Source: Octopus vulgaris
Lineage: Eukaryota
Length of the DNA: 64,000 bases
Reading direction: 5' to 3'
Assembly: GCA_951406725.2 (NCBI GenBank)
Contig: OX597820.1
Span: 59,210,001-59,274,000 of the forward strand
The notes beneath the pieces are model-generated. The model had not been told where the DNA came from. It did not search any database and was given only the letters and a program-made list of their open reading frames with translations. This document shows positions 1 through 12,480 of the stretch, in pieces (the stretch's first letter is position 1; each line of letters starts with the position of its first letter). The translations under genes and the position numbers were made by a program.

Positions 1-1269
1 GGTTATATAGTTGGCTAGATCAACTCTTCATTTTAACCCCAGAAAGATGAAAGATCTGAGAAAGAGTTGAACTTGAATGTAAAAGTATGTAACTAAATAT
101 ATAAAAGTTGTTTTGTCTAGCTTGCTTCTAATTCTGCTCTCTACCACTCTAATAATAAAAATATTTATGAACACAGGCACAAGGTCAGAAATTCCTAAAA
201 AGGAAACAGTAGGCTAAATCAATCTCAGTACTCAATTGGAACTTGCTACTACACAACAACAGGAACAGGAAATGAATAAAAACCTGATTCAAAAATGGGA
301 GAAATAAACCATTTCATAATAATTATAAACAATAATATACCAGAGTGACATCAATTAAAATATTTCACCAAATAGATGCCAAATTTCTGACCTAAACTAT
401 ACGCTAAGTACAATTATGCAGAAGATACCTCTAGTAGCAGGCACACTGTTAAGCTATGAGGGAGACTCAAAGCAATTCCCTTAATCTGCTAGGAGTAGTA
501 GCCAAATTTTCTACAAATCAGATTCCACTGTCTTAAAAAGGAAGAACACAGACACTACACCGTAAGATAAAAAAAAATTTAAATGATAGGATGGTCACAG
601 CAGAAAAGCCTTTGATGATAGGTTTCTGACTATATAAAAATACAGACAAAAAAAACTGACATTAAGGAAACAATGACAGCATGACTAGAACCACATTATT
701 TAATGAGTCCTTTCTTTTTTAAGATGGTAGAATTTAGTTGAAAAGGGTTTGGCTGCCATTTCTAGCAGATAAGGTAACTGCATGGATGCAGCTGTGTCAA
801 TTTGATACCACTATGTGCAGTATAGGCTAGTGTGTAATGGTATAATTTATAGTGGTGCACTGAGGTGCAGCATAGCATATGATTTGGTTTTGTTTAATTT
901 TAGGTTAAGCCTTGTTCTGCATTTGATTTTAATATTACTTCCTGTAATTACATGACATACAATCATACATTGTCAACAAATAAAACAGCCATATTTCACA
1001 AGTAAACAATAAAATGGAAACAAAAATGAGGTAAATTCCTAAATGAATCTATAGGCAAAACATATAGTTATTATCATATTGACATTGTTTTTACTTCTGA
1101 TTTTCTATACTGGTATGGGCTTTTTGGAGAGGTAGTTTATGATCCAGATGCCGTTCTTGATACCAACCCTTTTAGCTACCTCTTACAAAATGCAGGTACA
1201 TGACATGCTTATTCTAAAAATCAGGATACATATGGTACAAGTAAGATATAAATTTATAAATCTGGTTCA

Positions 1270-2700
1270 ACAAGTATAGTGAAGAATTCAATGTACAAGT
1301 AGGGGTTCACCAGGGATCGGTGCTCAGCCCCCTCTTGTTCATCATAGTCCTCCAGGCAATAACAGGAATTTAAGACAGGCTGCCCCTGAGAGCTCCTCTT
1401 TGCTGATGACCTTGTTCTTATAGCTGAATCACTATCAGAACAAGAGAAGTTCCAGGTCTAGAATCAAAAAGGGCCTTAGAGTTAAACTAGCGAAATCCAA
1501 AGTCTTAGTAAGTAGGAAGGCAGACAAATCACAAATTCCTTCAGGTAGATGGCTCTGCTCAATCTGTAGAAAAGACATAGGTAGAAACTCCATAAGATGC
1601 ACCGGTGTAAGCTTTGGACACATAAAAGGTGCAGCAATATCAGAGGAAGGTTAACAGAGAAAATAGTTTTTGTATGGGTAAGATGCACAGGTACAATAAA
1701 CACCGAAAATATACAGAAAACTGCTAGGGAGGTAAGCTAGAGGTAGCAGATGGCTTCTGGTATCTAGGTCGGCCAGGTTAGTTGTGGAGGTGGTTAATAA
1801 GAGAGCGTAGCTGTGAGAATAAGATTAGGCCGGGCAAAGTTCGGAGAGATCCAACCCCTGCTGGCAACTAAGGGCCTCTCCCTCAGAATGAAAGGCATAT
1901 TGTATGATGCCTGTGTGCGAACAGCTATGCTACACAACAGTGAAACATGGAATGTGACAGCCGAGGCTTGAAAGAAATGAAGCCATTATGCTTCGCTGGA
2001 CATGCAATGTTAGTGTGCATGTTCGACAGAGTGTAAGCATCTTGAGAGAAAAGTAAGGCATAAAGAGGCATCAGATGTGGTGTGCAAGAGAGATGACTGT
2101 GCTGGTATGGCCATGTGATGTGTATGGATGAGGACAGCTGTGTAAAGAAGTGCCAATCTCTAACTGGTAGAACTTGTGGTAGAGATAGACCCAAGAAGAC
2201 ATGGGACAAGGTGATGAAGCATGATCTTCGGACTTTGGGCTTCACAGAGGCAATGACTAGTGACCGAGACCTTTGGCACTATGCTGTGCTTGAGAAGACC
2301 CGCCAAGTGAAATTATTGTCATAGCCGATGCTGGTGTCATGCCGGTGGCACATAAAAAGCACCTTTTGAGCATTGGCCCACATGGAGGCAAAGTGGCTGA
2401 GCTCCTTTCGAGTGTTGAGTCTCACGGAGGCAATGACTGAGACGCCTGGCATTATGTTGTGCTTGAGAAGACCCATCAAGCCAAGCAAAATCAGTCATGG
2501 CAGACACTGGTGTCAGGCAAATGGTACCCATGCCAGTGGCACATGAAAACACCCATTACACTCTTGGAGTGGTTGGTGTTAGGAAGGGCATCCAGCTGCA
2601 TACCAAAGCAGACTGGAGTCTGGTGCAGCCTTCCAGCTTGCCAACCCCAGTCAAACCATCTCCATGCTAGCATGGACAACGGATGTTAAATGTTGATGGT
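1270..2700 (+). mobile_element. 5'-truncated RTE-clade LINE (RT C-half plus 3' UTR), degenerate
   Basis: VGVHQGSVLSPLLFIIVL, ELLFADDLVLIAES, GRDRPKKTW; 3' UTR shared with the copy at 34845-36920; TGA-type tail remnant. Confidence 0.9.
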
Positions 2701-5183
2701 TCTTGACCATTACAACAAATAACGTAGTATAGCAAATTCATAGTTTGCTATACTAGCCATGGATATAGGCATAGACATGGTTATATGGTTAACAAGTTTG
2801 CTTGCCAACCACTGGCATCTTGGGCAACTAAATGTATTCTACTATATATAAACCCAGGCTGACAAAAGACTTGAGTGGATTTAGTAGAAGGAAACTGAAA
2901 GAATCCCATTTTGTGTGTATGTAAATGTTTGTCTCCTTGTCTTGACATAGTGTGATAGTTGTAAATGAATGCCACTGTCATACAAGCAGTGTCACTCAGT
3001 TTCAATATTCTGTGAAAGCATGTCTGATCATAGGTAAGTGCTATCTTACTTGGAAACAGGTGAGGGTTGGTGAACAGGATGATGATGATAATGACGAAGA
3101 ATCAACTGAATTATATCAATCTTATTTGGAATGTTTTGACAAGTATAGTGAAGCAAATTACTTTGTTGAAGACAAAAAGCAACGCATTTTCTTAATCTGA
3201 TAGGTGCTTAAATGTATATCTTATTATGTAATCTAAATGTTCTAACCAAGCCAAAGGACAAAAGAGCCTCTAATTAATGCATTACTCTAAATAGCACTCT
3301 TTCATTCCTCATTGGAAATTGCAGAAACAGCATTTTTGATCAGTGTAGTAAATAACCAGGAGAGAATGTCTGTTTTTAACATTTAAAACATGTTTTGGAA
3401 CATTATAATGATTGATTGGAACACAGAATATTTTCCGATATTTTCAAAAAATTGTTTTAAGTCAATCACCCACAGTAGCACAAACTATTAGGCTCGTCAG
3501 AAATATGGAACAGACTGAAAAAGATACCAAATCTAAGGCACAAGACACTTCTCAAAGCACAGTTGCTACATCAACAGAGGGCAAGTCTCAGTTGTATGTT
3601 CCCTCAAAGCTATTCCAGTGTCACGGTCTTGAAACAATGCCAGCTCTTAATTTCAGAGTGCAACTGGTGTGGTTATATTGGACATATAGTGACTGTTTGT
3701 GAGCAAAAGAACCCCAGTAGGGGATGTTGTTTTAGACACGATTCAGTTGTACAACTAAATTATGCAATGCACCAGGATGATGTTAATCAGGAAGTGGACA
3801 GTGTTGGACACACGGACACTTTAAAATTAGTTACACTAATTCCGGTTAGACTGATAAGAGATCAGTCATCTCTTACACCATATCATAGTAGAAACTAGTA
3901 CTATTGTACTGCTGATGAGTAAATAACTCCAAGCGTTTTAGAATTCATTGGTTCTATAGCTGAAATAAAAGCTAAACTTCACATTTATAAAAATTTTGTT
4001 CCAGTTCATCTCAAATAGCGAGTGATATCATTTGCTATCAAGGGCAAAGTTAAATAAGAGCTAGATAACCTACTGAAGGACCGACTGGTATTGCCTGCTA
4101 AGTTACGGTGAATGGGTTACACCCATTGTACCAGTCAACAAATCATCATCGTAAACATGTTTGAGTGGCAATTTTAAAATAACTTTAAATCTTCACTTAG
4201 TTACAGATACATGCTCTATGCCTTCAGTTGATGAGTTGCAAGAAAAAAATGAGCAACGGCACTCTTTTCTCCAAACTTAGCCTACCTTGTACCTTCACAC
4301 AGAGTAAACTTAAAAGTGAATCCAAATACTGTTACCATCACAATCCACAGGGTTTTTCCATGGGAATTACCTCTGATCACTCTACATATCAATATGTAAT
4401 GGATAAGCATTATACGGAATTTTTAATCATCATCATCATCATTTAACGTCCATGTTCCATGCTGGCTTAGGTTGGACAGTTTGATAGGATCTGATAGCTC
4501 CAGTGTCTGTCTTGGAATGGTTTCTGTAGCTGGATACCCCTTCCTAACACAATTTCTAGTTCCACTGTCCCAATAGTTATGTTCACTTCATACCTTGAGG
4601 AGAAACTTGCACTTGCAACTCCAACTATGTGTTATGCAATTAAGATGACATTTTCATTACAGGGAAGGACCGTTCTACACATCCCACTACACTTGAAATT
4701 GTTCTAGAACTTTTACCAAATCATGAAATGAGAATAAATTAAAATAAGTGTGCTTTAATACTGTCATCTACTATTTACCTTAGTCATCATATAAACTGAA
4801 GGGGGCTGGACCAAATGAAGAACAAGATCAGAGCTGTGTCAACGACCTAGTCTTTTCAAGGGCTAGTGAACTATTATTAGAAATTTTCTGACTAACATAG
4901 CACCTAACGCCCACATCATTAATTGTTAGAAAAACCTATGTCTTAGACATAAACTCAGGAATATGGGCAACCTTTCAACAAGTAAAAAAAAAATGTTCAC
5001 TATAGATCATGTCTTGACATTATATGTTGTCAACCTAGCAATTATACTTGCTTGTGATGTTTCTAAATATAGGTTGCATGTGATATTGTCACATATTTTA
5101 CTATAGTAAAGAAAATTCTACTGCATTTGCCTCAAGGACACTTAGTGCAAAGAAGAACAAAAATATGTAGAAATCATCCACAA

Positions 5184-5554
5184 TCTCTCTCTATATAAAC
5201 GGCAGTTTGTCTGTGCGTGTTTCTGTGTGTCTGTTTGCTTGTACCCTCACCCTGACCACGGCTTTCAACCGATTCTGATAAAACTTGACACACACATAGC
5301 CCAATGTCATAATTCAAAACTAACGCAGCGAAAATTTTGAAAAGTTCCCCCAGTTCTGAAAAAAATCGATAAAATCGACATGGGGTCGAGAATCAGAAAC
5401 AAACCACAGACTGTCTAGGGGACGCAACTCAACCTTTTTTAACTCAAAAAAAAATTTACCACCATTTTTTTGCTATTTTTTGGCTATAACTCTCTAAAAA
5501 TGCTTTATAGTTATTTCCCTTACAAACCTGAGCAACGCCGGGCGATACTGCTAG
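5184..5554 (+). mobile_element. Non-autonomous Helitron, copy 1 (inserted in the gypsy RNase H region)
   Basis: 5' TC, 3' CTAG, inserted between A and T with no TSD, subterminal hairpin CCTGAGCAACGCCGGG; near-identical to 20850-21232. Confidence 0.85.
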
Positions 5555-6889
5555 TATTTCATAAAAGGTGGTAATTTTACTCTGTTCACAGATTACAAGA
5601 CAAACTACTACTGAGGGACCTACTTTGGTGTTCTACACATTGTAGCTGTGCAAATGCAATGGTGCATAGATATACTTACAGCATGCATATATATGACAGT
5701 AAATACAAGATATCTGAGTGTCATGAAAATACAAACCTCTCTCTCTTATTTTAGGTTGGTTAAACCAAATTGAGAGTGGCCAACAAGTATTAAGCACTCA
5801 GGGAAATCTATTATGGCCATGTCACCCAATGCATGTGAAGACAGGATTCCAGTGGAAACCCAATCATCAGTGATCAATTTTCAATAGACAAAAAGGCAAC
5901 ATCCAACAACATGCTGTGGGACATGTCCTTAGACATTTCTAGTCATCCCACTGTATCCATGGTATATCTGCAGTTGCCATGGCCCACGTTGTCACTTGTC
6001 TCGACAGGAATGAAAGAGTGAGGCTGGTTAGCTAGCACAATCCTCCATTACTATAGTGCAAATCAGAATTCAAACTTTTTCAAATTACAGACAGTGGATC
6101 TTTCACTGCAGAATTTAGGGTATCACAAATATATGTGACAACGAAATACCATTAATGCCACTGAACCTTCTGGCAGGTGCTATTATAAATATTTGGTTAC
6201 TCATGCAGCAGCATTTTATGTTGTTGCAGTGTATAAGAGGTGGAGCCTTCACTATCTTCAAAAACAAATGAACAGCTATTAGCCTTGATGTGAAAATTTT
6301 TATCAAATGTATAAGACCTGACATATACTAGCACTGAAAATAATCTAATGGACAATCTTCAGTTTGTGATGAAGTCGACAATACACCACGTGCAGAGCCA
6401 CCTACATTATCAGCTGTAGATATATTTCAATGTTCAAGCCATATATGAACTCCTCTTGTTTATCTGAAAGACTATGAAAGTTGATTGCCACTACGATAAT
6501 GACAATCTATTTTGAAGGGAGGAGAAACGCTGCATATTTCATTTTAATATTATTTCCTGTTGCTACACAGTTATGACACTATGTTATTATATACTACTAC
6601 TTCCTGTAATTACATGACATACCACTATACATTGTCAAGAAAATAAAAGTAGCCATATTTTATAAACAAATACTACAGCTCTGATCCATCAGACCTCTGA
6701 TCATGTTTAAGCTGTGAGATTTAGCTCTTTCAAAACACATATCTTTGACATTACCCAATGTGTTTTATCTGCTTTTAAATAGTAGGTTGGGATAACAAAA
6801 AATGTGTGTGAAAATCCATGAATGTTCTTAAGCAGTAGGCATCAATGAAAGCTCATAGCACAGAATTTTTATCACATCTACTTGTAGAT

Positions 6890-7290
6890 TCATCATCATC
6901 ATCATTTAACGTCCGCTTTCCATGCTAGCATGGGTTGGACGGTTCAACTGGGGTCTGGGAAGCCCGAAGGCTGCACCAGGCCAGTCAGATCTGGCAGTGT
7001 GTCTACAGCTGGATGCCCTTCCTAACGCCAACCACTCCGTGAGTGTAGTGGGGGCTTTTTATGTGCCACTGACACAAGTGCCAGATGACGCTGGCGAACG
7101 GCCACGCTCAGATGGTGTTTTTTATGTGCCACCGACACAGGTGCCAGACGAGGCTGGTGAACGGCCATGCTTGGATGGTGTTTTTTATGTGCCATGGACA
7201 CAGGTGCTAGACGAGGCTGGCGAACGGTCACGCTTGGATGGTGTTTTTTACGTGCCACTGGCACGGAGGCCATGCGAGGCTGGCACGAAC
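6890..7290 (-). mobile_element. RTE 3' UTR fragment containing a ~61-bp tandem array
   Basis: (CAT)n tail at ~6890, reverse complement of the RTE 3' UTR, then ~3.5 copies of a ~61-bp unit. This explains the repetitive ORF 6922-7386. Confidence 0.85.
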
Positions 7291-7378
7291 AATAAAAAAG
7301 AAGAGAGCTATGTGGCAGTCAATCAGAAATTATTTGATCAATGGAAAGCTAATGAAAACTTTCTGGAAAGTGCTTTAA

Positions 7379-7594
7379 CCCTTTAGTATTTAAACCGGCC
7401 ATATCCGGCCAAAATATTCAATCTGTTTTATGTTCAAACTGACCAGATCCAGGCTCTCACACCTACCCTACAATGCTATTCTACATTAGGTAATTACACC
7501 AAGATCTTGAAGATATGAGATAATGCATGATTAATTCAAATCAATGTGAATCAGTAAGCATTATGTTTGATAGAATAATCAGAACACTAAAGGG
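7379..7594. mobile_element. piggyBac-like MITE; related copies at ~9351-9975, 11150-11847, 20017-20240, 40345-40530, 58470-58540 and 59640-59740
   Basis: TTAA|CCCTTTAG...CTAAAGGG|TTAA termini; the internal sequence is repeated at the listed positions. Confidence 0.85.
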
Positions 7595-7599
7595 TTAAT

Positions 7600-7960
7600 A
7601 GTAGCAAAACATGTGTGTGAGACTGAGATACCAAAACAAAGGGGCAGTCATCTCAGTGAGTTCAATCACCATCACCACAACCAAAAATTTAACACATTAG
7701 TGTTGCTGAGCTATCCTAACTATCTGGATTTCGATCAAATAGACTTTTTTCTATCCCCAAAGTTGAAATATACCCTAAAAGGTTACCATTTTCAGACAAA
7801 CAGAAAAAAAAACACGTTCCAAAATAGAAAAAAAAAAACATTGGAAGCAATATATCAACGGTGAAAAGAAATATTTTGAAGGAAACATGTCTGATTAAAT
7901 TCAAAATAACAATAATTTTTTGTAAAAGGTATTTTGCTTTCTTCTTTATGGACAGTTATA
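7600..7960 (+). mobile_element. Mariner transposase C-terminal remnant
   Basis: LSYPNYLDFDQIDFFLSPKLKYTLKGYHF resembles the mariner HPPYSPDLAPxDFFLFPKLKxxLKGxRF motif. Confidence 0.65.
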
Positions 7961-8164
7961 GTGTGATGTTGAGTAAAAGCAGTGTGCTATGTTTATGACA
8001 TACAAAAATGTAATATATATATATATACAGTGGGGCAGTATAGTGTGTAGTGTTGTGCTATGCAATATGAAATGCTTTGGCATATAATATAATATATTGT
8101 GATGAGTAGTATCATGTAATGTAATGCAGTGTGGTGTAATATGGGTTAATATAATGTACCTCAG

Positions 8165-8916
<752 letters not shown>

Positions 8917-8925
8917 TTAATTAAT

Positions 8926-8957
8926 CTGAAAGATAAGAAAGGAAAGAAAACAGTTAG
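8926..8957 (-). promoter_or_regulatory. Splice acceptor of the membralin exon (exon spans 8925-8473, including 48 nt of 5' UTR)
   Basis: Minus strand reads CTAAC-TGTTTTCTTTCCTTTCTTATCTTTCAG|ATT: branch-point consensus, long polypyrimidine tract and CAG. This implies an upstream non-coding exon. Confidence 0.85.
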
Positions 8958-9539
8958 ATTAAATTAGGTTTCAGATTTTTTTTTTTTGTCTTTTCATGAT
9001 AACACCACAATATGACCATCAACATCACCACTAACACAAGATAACAAGAGAGCCTTTACGTGGTCAGTAGCTCAACCTAGTAAAAACAGCAGTCAAATCA
9101 CTTGCAAATCATGCACCTTACTGTCTTAAAACACATCTGATAATGTAGTCTTAGAAATATTATGTCTGAAAAGACAGGTTTGTTCTAAAATACCTTTGAT
9201 CATAGATCTACTTGAAGCTGATTTGTTTTGTTAGCAACAACAACCACTATGAACTACACCAACATTACATGCTGATAAGAAAACCTCTACATAGGCACCG
9301 CTCAAGTTTCTAGAAACTGCAACCAAATCTGCTCCTAAATTACTCTACCTTAAACCCTTTAGCATTGAAACTGGCCATATTTGGTCCAAATAGTCCACCT
9401 GTTCTATGTTCAAACTTACCACATCAAGCCTCTCACATAAAACCCTACAATGGCATTATAAAAATAAACAAATACATCATCAAAATCTCAAAGCTACAAG
9501 ATAATGCATGATTAATTCAAAACAATGTGAATAAATAGG

Positions 9540-9700
9540 CATAGGAGTGAGTGTGTAGTAAGTAGCTTGCTTACAAACTACATGGTTCCAGGTTCAGTCC
9601 CACTGCGTGGCACTTTGGGCAAGTGTCTTCTACTATAGCCTTGAGCCAACCAAAGCCTTGTGAGTGAATTTGGTAAATGGAAACTGAAAGAAGCCCGTCA

Positions 9701-9731
<31 letters not shown>

Positions 9732-9955
9732 ATATATTTGTGTGTCTGTGTTTGTCCCCCCCACATCGCTTGACAACCGATGGTGGTGTGTTTATGTCCT
9801 CGTAACTTAGTGGTTCGGCTAAAGAGACCGATAGAATAAGTACTAGGCTTACAAAGAATAAGTCCTGGGGTCGATGTGCTCGACTAAAAAAGGCGGTGCT
9901 CCAGCATGGCCACAGTCAAATGACTGAAACAAGTAAAAGAATAAAAGAAAAGTAA
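9540..9955 (+). mobile_element. tRNA-derived SINE, family A (CORE-like body, internal (TA)n/(TG)n)
   Basis: A-box and B-box (GGTTCAGTCCC)-like head, TTGGGCAAGTGTCTT body, GTAAAAGA-type tail; inserted into a piggyBac MITE. Confidence 0.9.
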
Positions 9956-10434
9956 GCATTAGATTTGACAGAGTTAACACACAAACACACTGGATAATGT
10001 AATGCTAGATTAGTGGTTTCTACTCAGTGTTGTAAACAATAGTTGGGAGTGTTGTGAGACTTTAAATTTAATAACATATAAAATATCAGTTAAGTGTGTC
10101 ATGTACCTTAAGTACATGGTGACAAGGTCACAGAAAAATTAAAAACAACTGCTCTAGATACACTATATGGAGGAACAAGACAGAAAGATCATAACTGTAA
10201 TATCTTCAATCATAGGTCTGTTCTATAAGTGCAGACTAGATGTGAAACAACCAACTTAAATTATGTTGTTGGTATTTAGTTTATCAAACTTACAGGGATG
10301 AAAGGTAAAGTTAACTCTTGTAGAATATAAAACTAGAATATAAAGGGACCTAATTCCATACTGTTAAGACAATCCATATGATACGTTACTGTCTACTTTG
10401 CCATCCATAAAGAAATTTCTCAACAACAAAAGCC

Positions 10435-10875
10435 ATACTCTCTCTTTACTCTTTTACTTGTTTCAGTCATTTGACTGCGGCCATGCTGGAGCACCACCTT
10501 TAGTCGAGCAAATCGCCCCCGGGACTTATTCTTTGTAAGCCCAGTACTTATTCTATCGGTCTCTTTTGCCGAACTGCTAAGTGACGGGGACGTAAACACA
10601 CCAGCATCGGTTGTCAAGCAATGCTAGAGGGACAAGTACAGACACACAAACATATACACACACACACACACATTATATATATATATATATATATATACAT
10701 ACATATATGCGACAGGCTTCTTTCAGTTTCCGTCTACCAAATCCACTCACAAGGCTTTGGTTGGCCCGAGGCTATAGTAGAAGACACTTGCCCAAGGTGC
10801 CACACAATGGGACTGAACCCGGAACCATGTGGTTGGTTAGCAAGCTACTTACCACACAGCCACTCCTGCGCCTAT
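10435..10875 (-). mobile_element. tRNA-derived SINE, family A, full length
   Basis: Reverse complement of 9540-9955, with intact head GGCGCAGGAGTGGCTGTGTGG. Confidence 0.9.
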
Positions 10876-11169
10876 ACATCCATATTTGGAACAAATGAGT
10901 TGGCCTAAATCACAAATTGAGAAATAAAGATGTGTGGGGTAGGCATGGTTGTGGGCTAAAAGTTTCCTCTATAGCTGCATCATTTCAGGTTTAATCACAC
11001 TACATGGTGCTTTGGGCAAGTGTCTTCTGCCACATCCTTGCATCAAGCAAAGCCATGAGTAAAAATTTACTAGGCATCAACTGTATGTAAGCCTACCTGA
11101 GGGACTTTTCCTGTTCTTAGGTGGTAAGGCAGAATATATTACCCAGTTTAACACTTTAGCATTTTATAT

Positions 11170-11660
11170 TGTGACCCCCTTCGGTCATGAATGAACATGG
11201 GATTGCACCTAGAAAGTTACCCTCCGAGGCACAAATCTGGGCAAGGTCGTTTATGGAAGACCTGCAGTCACCCACGCATACCAGCCTCCCCTCTCCATGC
11301 CATCAATGTTATCCAAGGGAAAGGCTAGGGCCGATACAGCTTGGCACCAGTGACGTCGCAGCTCAATTATTACAGAAACGTGTACCCTCAACATAGTTCT
11401 CGGGGAGATTCAGCATGACATAGAATGTGACAAGGCTGGCCTTTTCAAATACAGGTACAATAGAAACAGGAAGAAAGAGTGAGAGAAAGTTGTGGTGAAA
11501 GAGTACAGCAGGGTTCACCACCTGCCCCCTGCCAGAGCCTCGTGGAGCTTTAGGTCGTTTTCGCTCAATAAACACTCTCAATGCCCAGTCTGGGAATCGA
11601 AACAGCGATCCTTCGACCGTGAATCTACTGCCCTAACCACTGGGCCATTACACTTCCACA
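11170..11660 (-). mobile_element. tRNA-derived SINE, family C (body X, tail P), inserted in a piggyBac MITE
   Basis: Head TGGCCCAGTGGTTAGGGC...GTTTCGATTCCC; flanking near-direct repeat ACACTTTRGCATTT (TSD). Confidence 0.8.
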
Positions 11661-12084
11661 CTTTGGCATTTAACCCGTGTTCAAACCGACCACATTTAGT
11701 CTCTCACCTATACAACAATGTCATTCTAAGACTAAACAATCGTATCATCAAAATATCAAGGCTATGAGATAATGCATGATTAATTCAAATCAACGAGAAT
11801 AAATAAGCTTTACATTTGACAGAATAAGCTGAATGCTAAAGGGGTTAATGCCACTACCCAGTCCCTGGATGCTTTAGTAGAGTACATACACTCTTGCCAA
11901 CACTCAGGACAGGTATCTGATAACTTCCTCACTTCCTCTCACTAGTCTCAAAAGTTCTGAATAAGGATCATATAAGTACTACTCGCTTCTTCCTTAAAAC
12001 GTGGGCTAGTCATGGATGGAACATAGGTTTGTGCTGGATCAGGGTTGATATGGAGCTAAGCAATAACCACACAAACAGTACCTA

Positions 12085-12480
12085 CATTCGTGTGGTAAGT
12101 AGCTTGTTTACCAACCACATGGTTCAGGGTTCAGTCCCACTGTGTGGCACCTTGGGCAAGTGTCTTCTACTATAGCCTCGGGCTGACCAAAGCCTTGTGA
12201 GTGGATTTGGTAGACGGAAACTGAAAGAAGCCCGTCATATATATGTATATATATATATATATATGCGTGTGTGTGTGTTTGTATGTCTGTGTTTGTCCCC
12301 CTAGCATTGCTTGACAACCGATGCTGGTGTGTTTATGTCTCCGTTACTTAGTGGTTCGGCAAAAGAGACCAATAGAATAAGTACTGGGCTTGCAAAAGAA
12401 TAAGTTGAGTTGCTCGATTAAAGGCAGTGCTCCAGCATAGCCGCAGTCAAATGACTGAAACAAGTAAAAGAGTAAGAGTA
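12085..12480 (+). mobile_element. tRNA-derived SINE, family A
   Basis: Same sequence. Further full or partial copies at ~23340-23520(-), 23660-24020, 29790-30130, 31210-31375, 47680-48015, 60220-60510(-), 61330-61650, 63455-63640 and 63978-64000. Confidence 0.9.

Larger units (their letters stand above)
913..6677 (+). mobile_element. Decayed Ty3/gypsy (Mag-like) LTR retrotransposon with nested insertions
   Basis: Direct repeats ~913-1010 and ~6528-6677 (LTRs); PPT GAAGGGAGGAGAAA at 6514-6527. Gag remnant YQSYLECFDKYSEAN..EDKKQRIFL (~3110-3260); CCHC knuckle CNWCGYIGHIVTVC (~3660-3700). RT remnants EWVTPIVPV, LFSKL, SFQGLVNYY; RNase H remnants LACDVSKY, AFASRTLS, FTLFTDY. Many stops and frameshifts. 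Confidence 0.8.

Noticed and set aside
6922-7386. 154-aa repetitive ORF, and a CRISPR-like look of the repeats here and at 44957 and 16745
   Set aside because: Tandem units without unique spacers inside an RTE 3' UTR; eukaryotic DNA with no cas genes.
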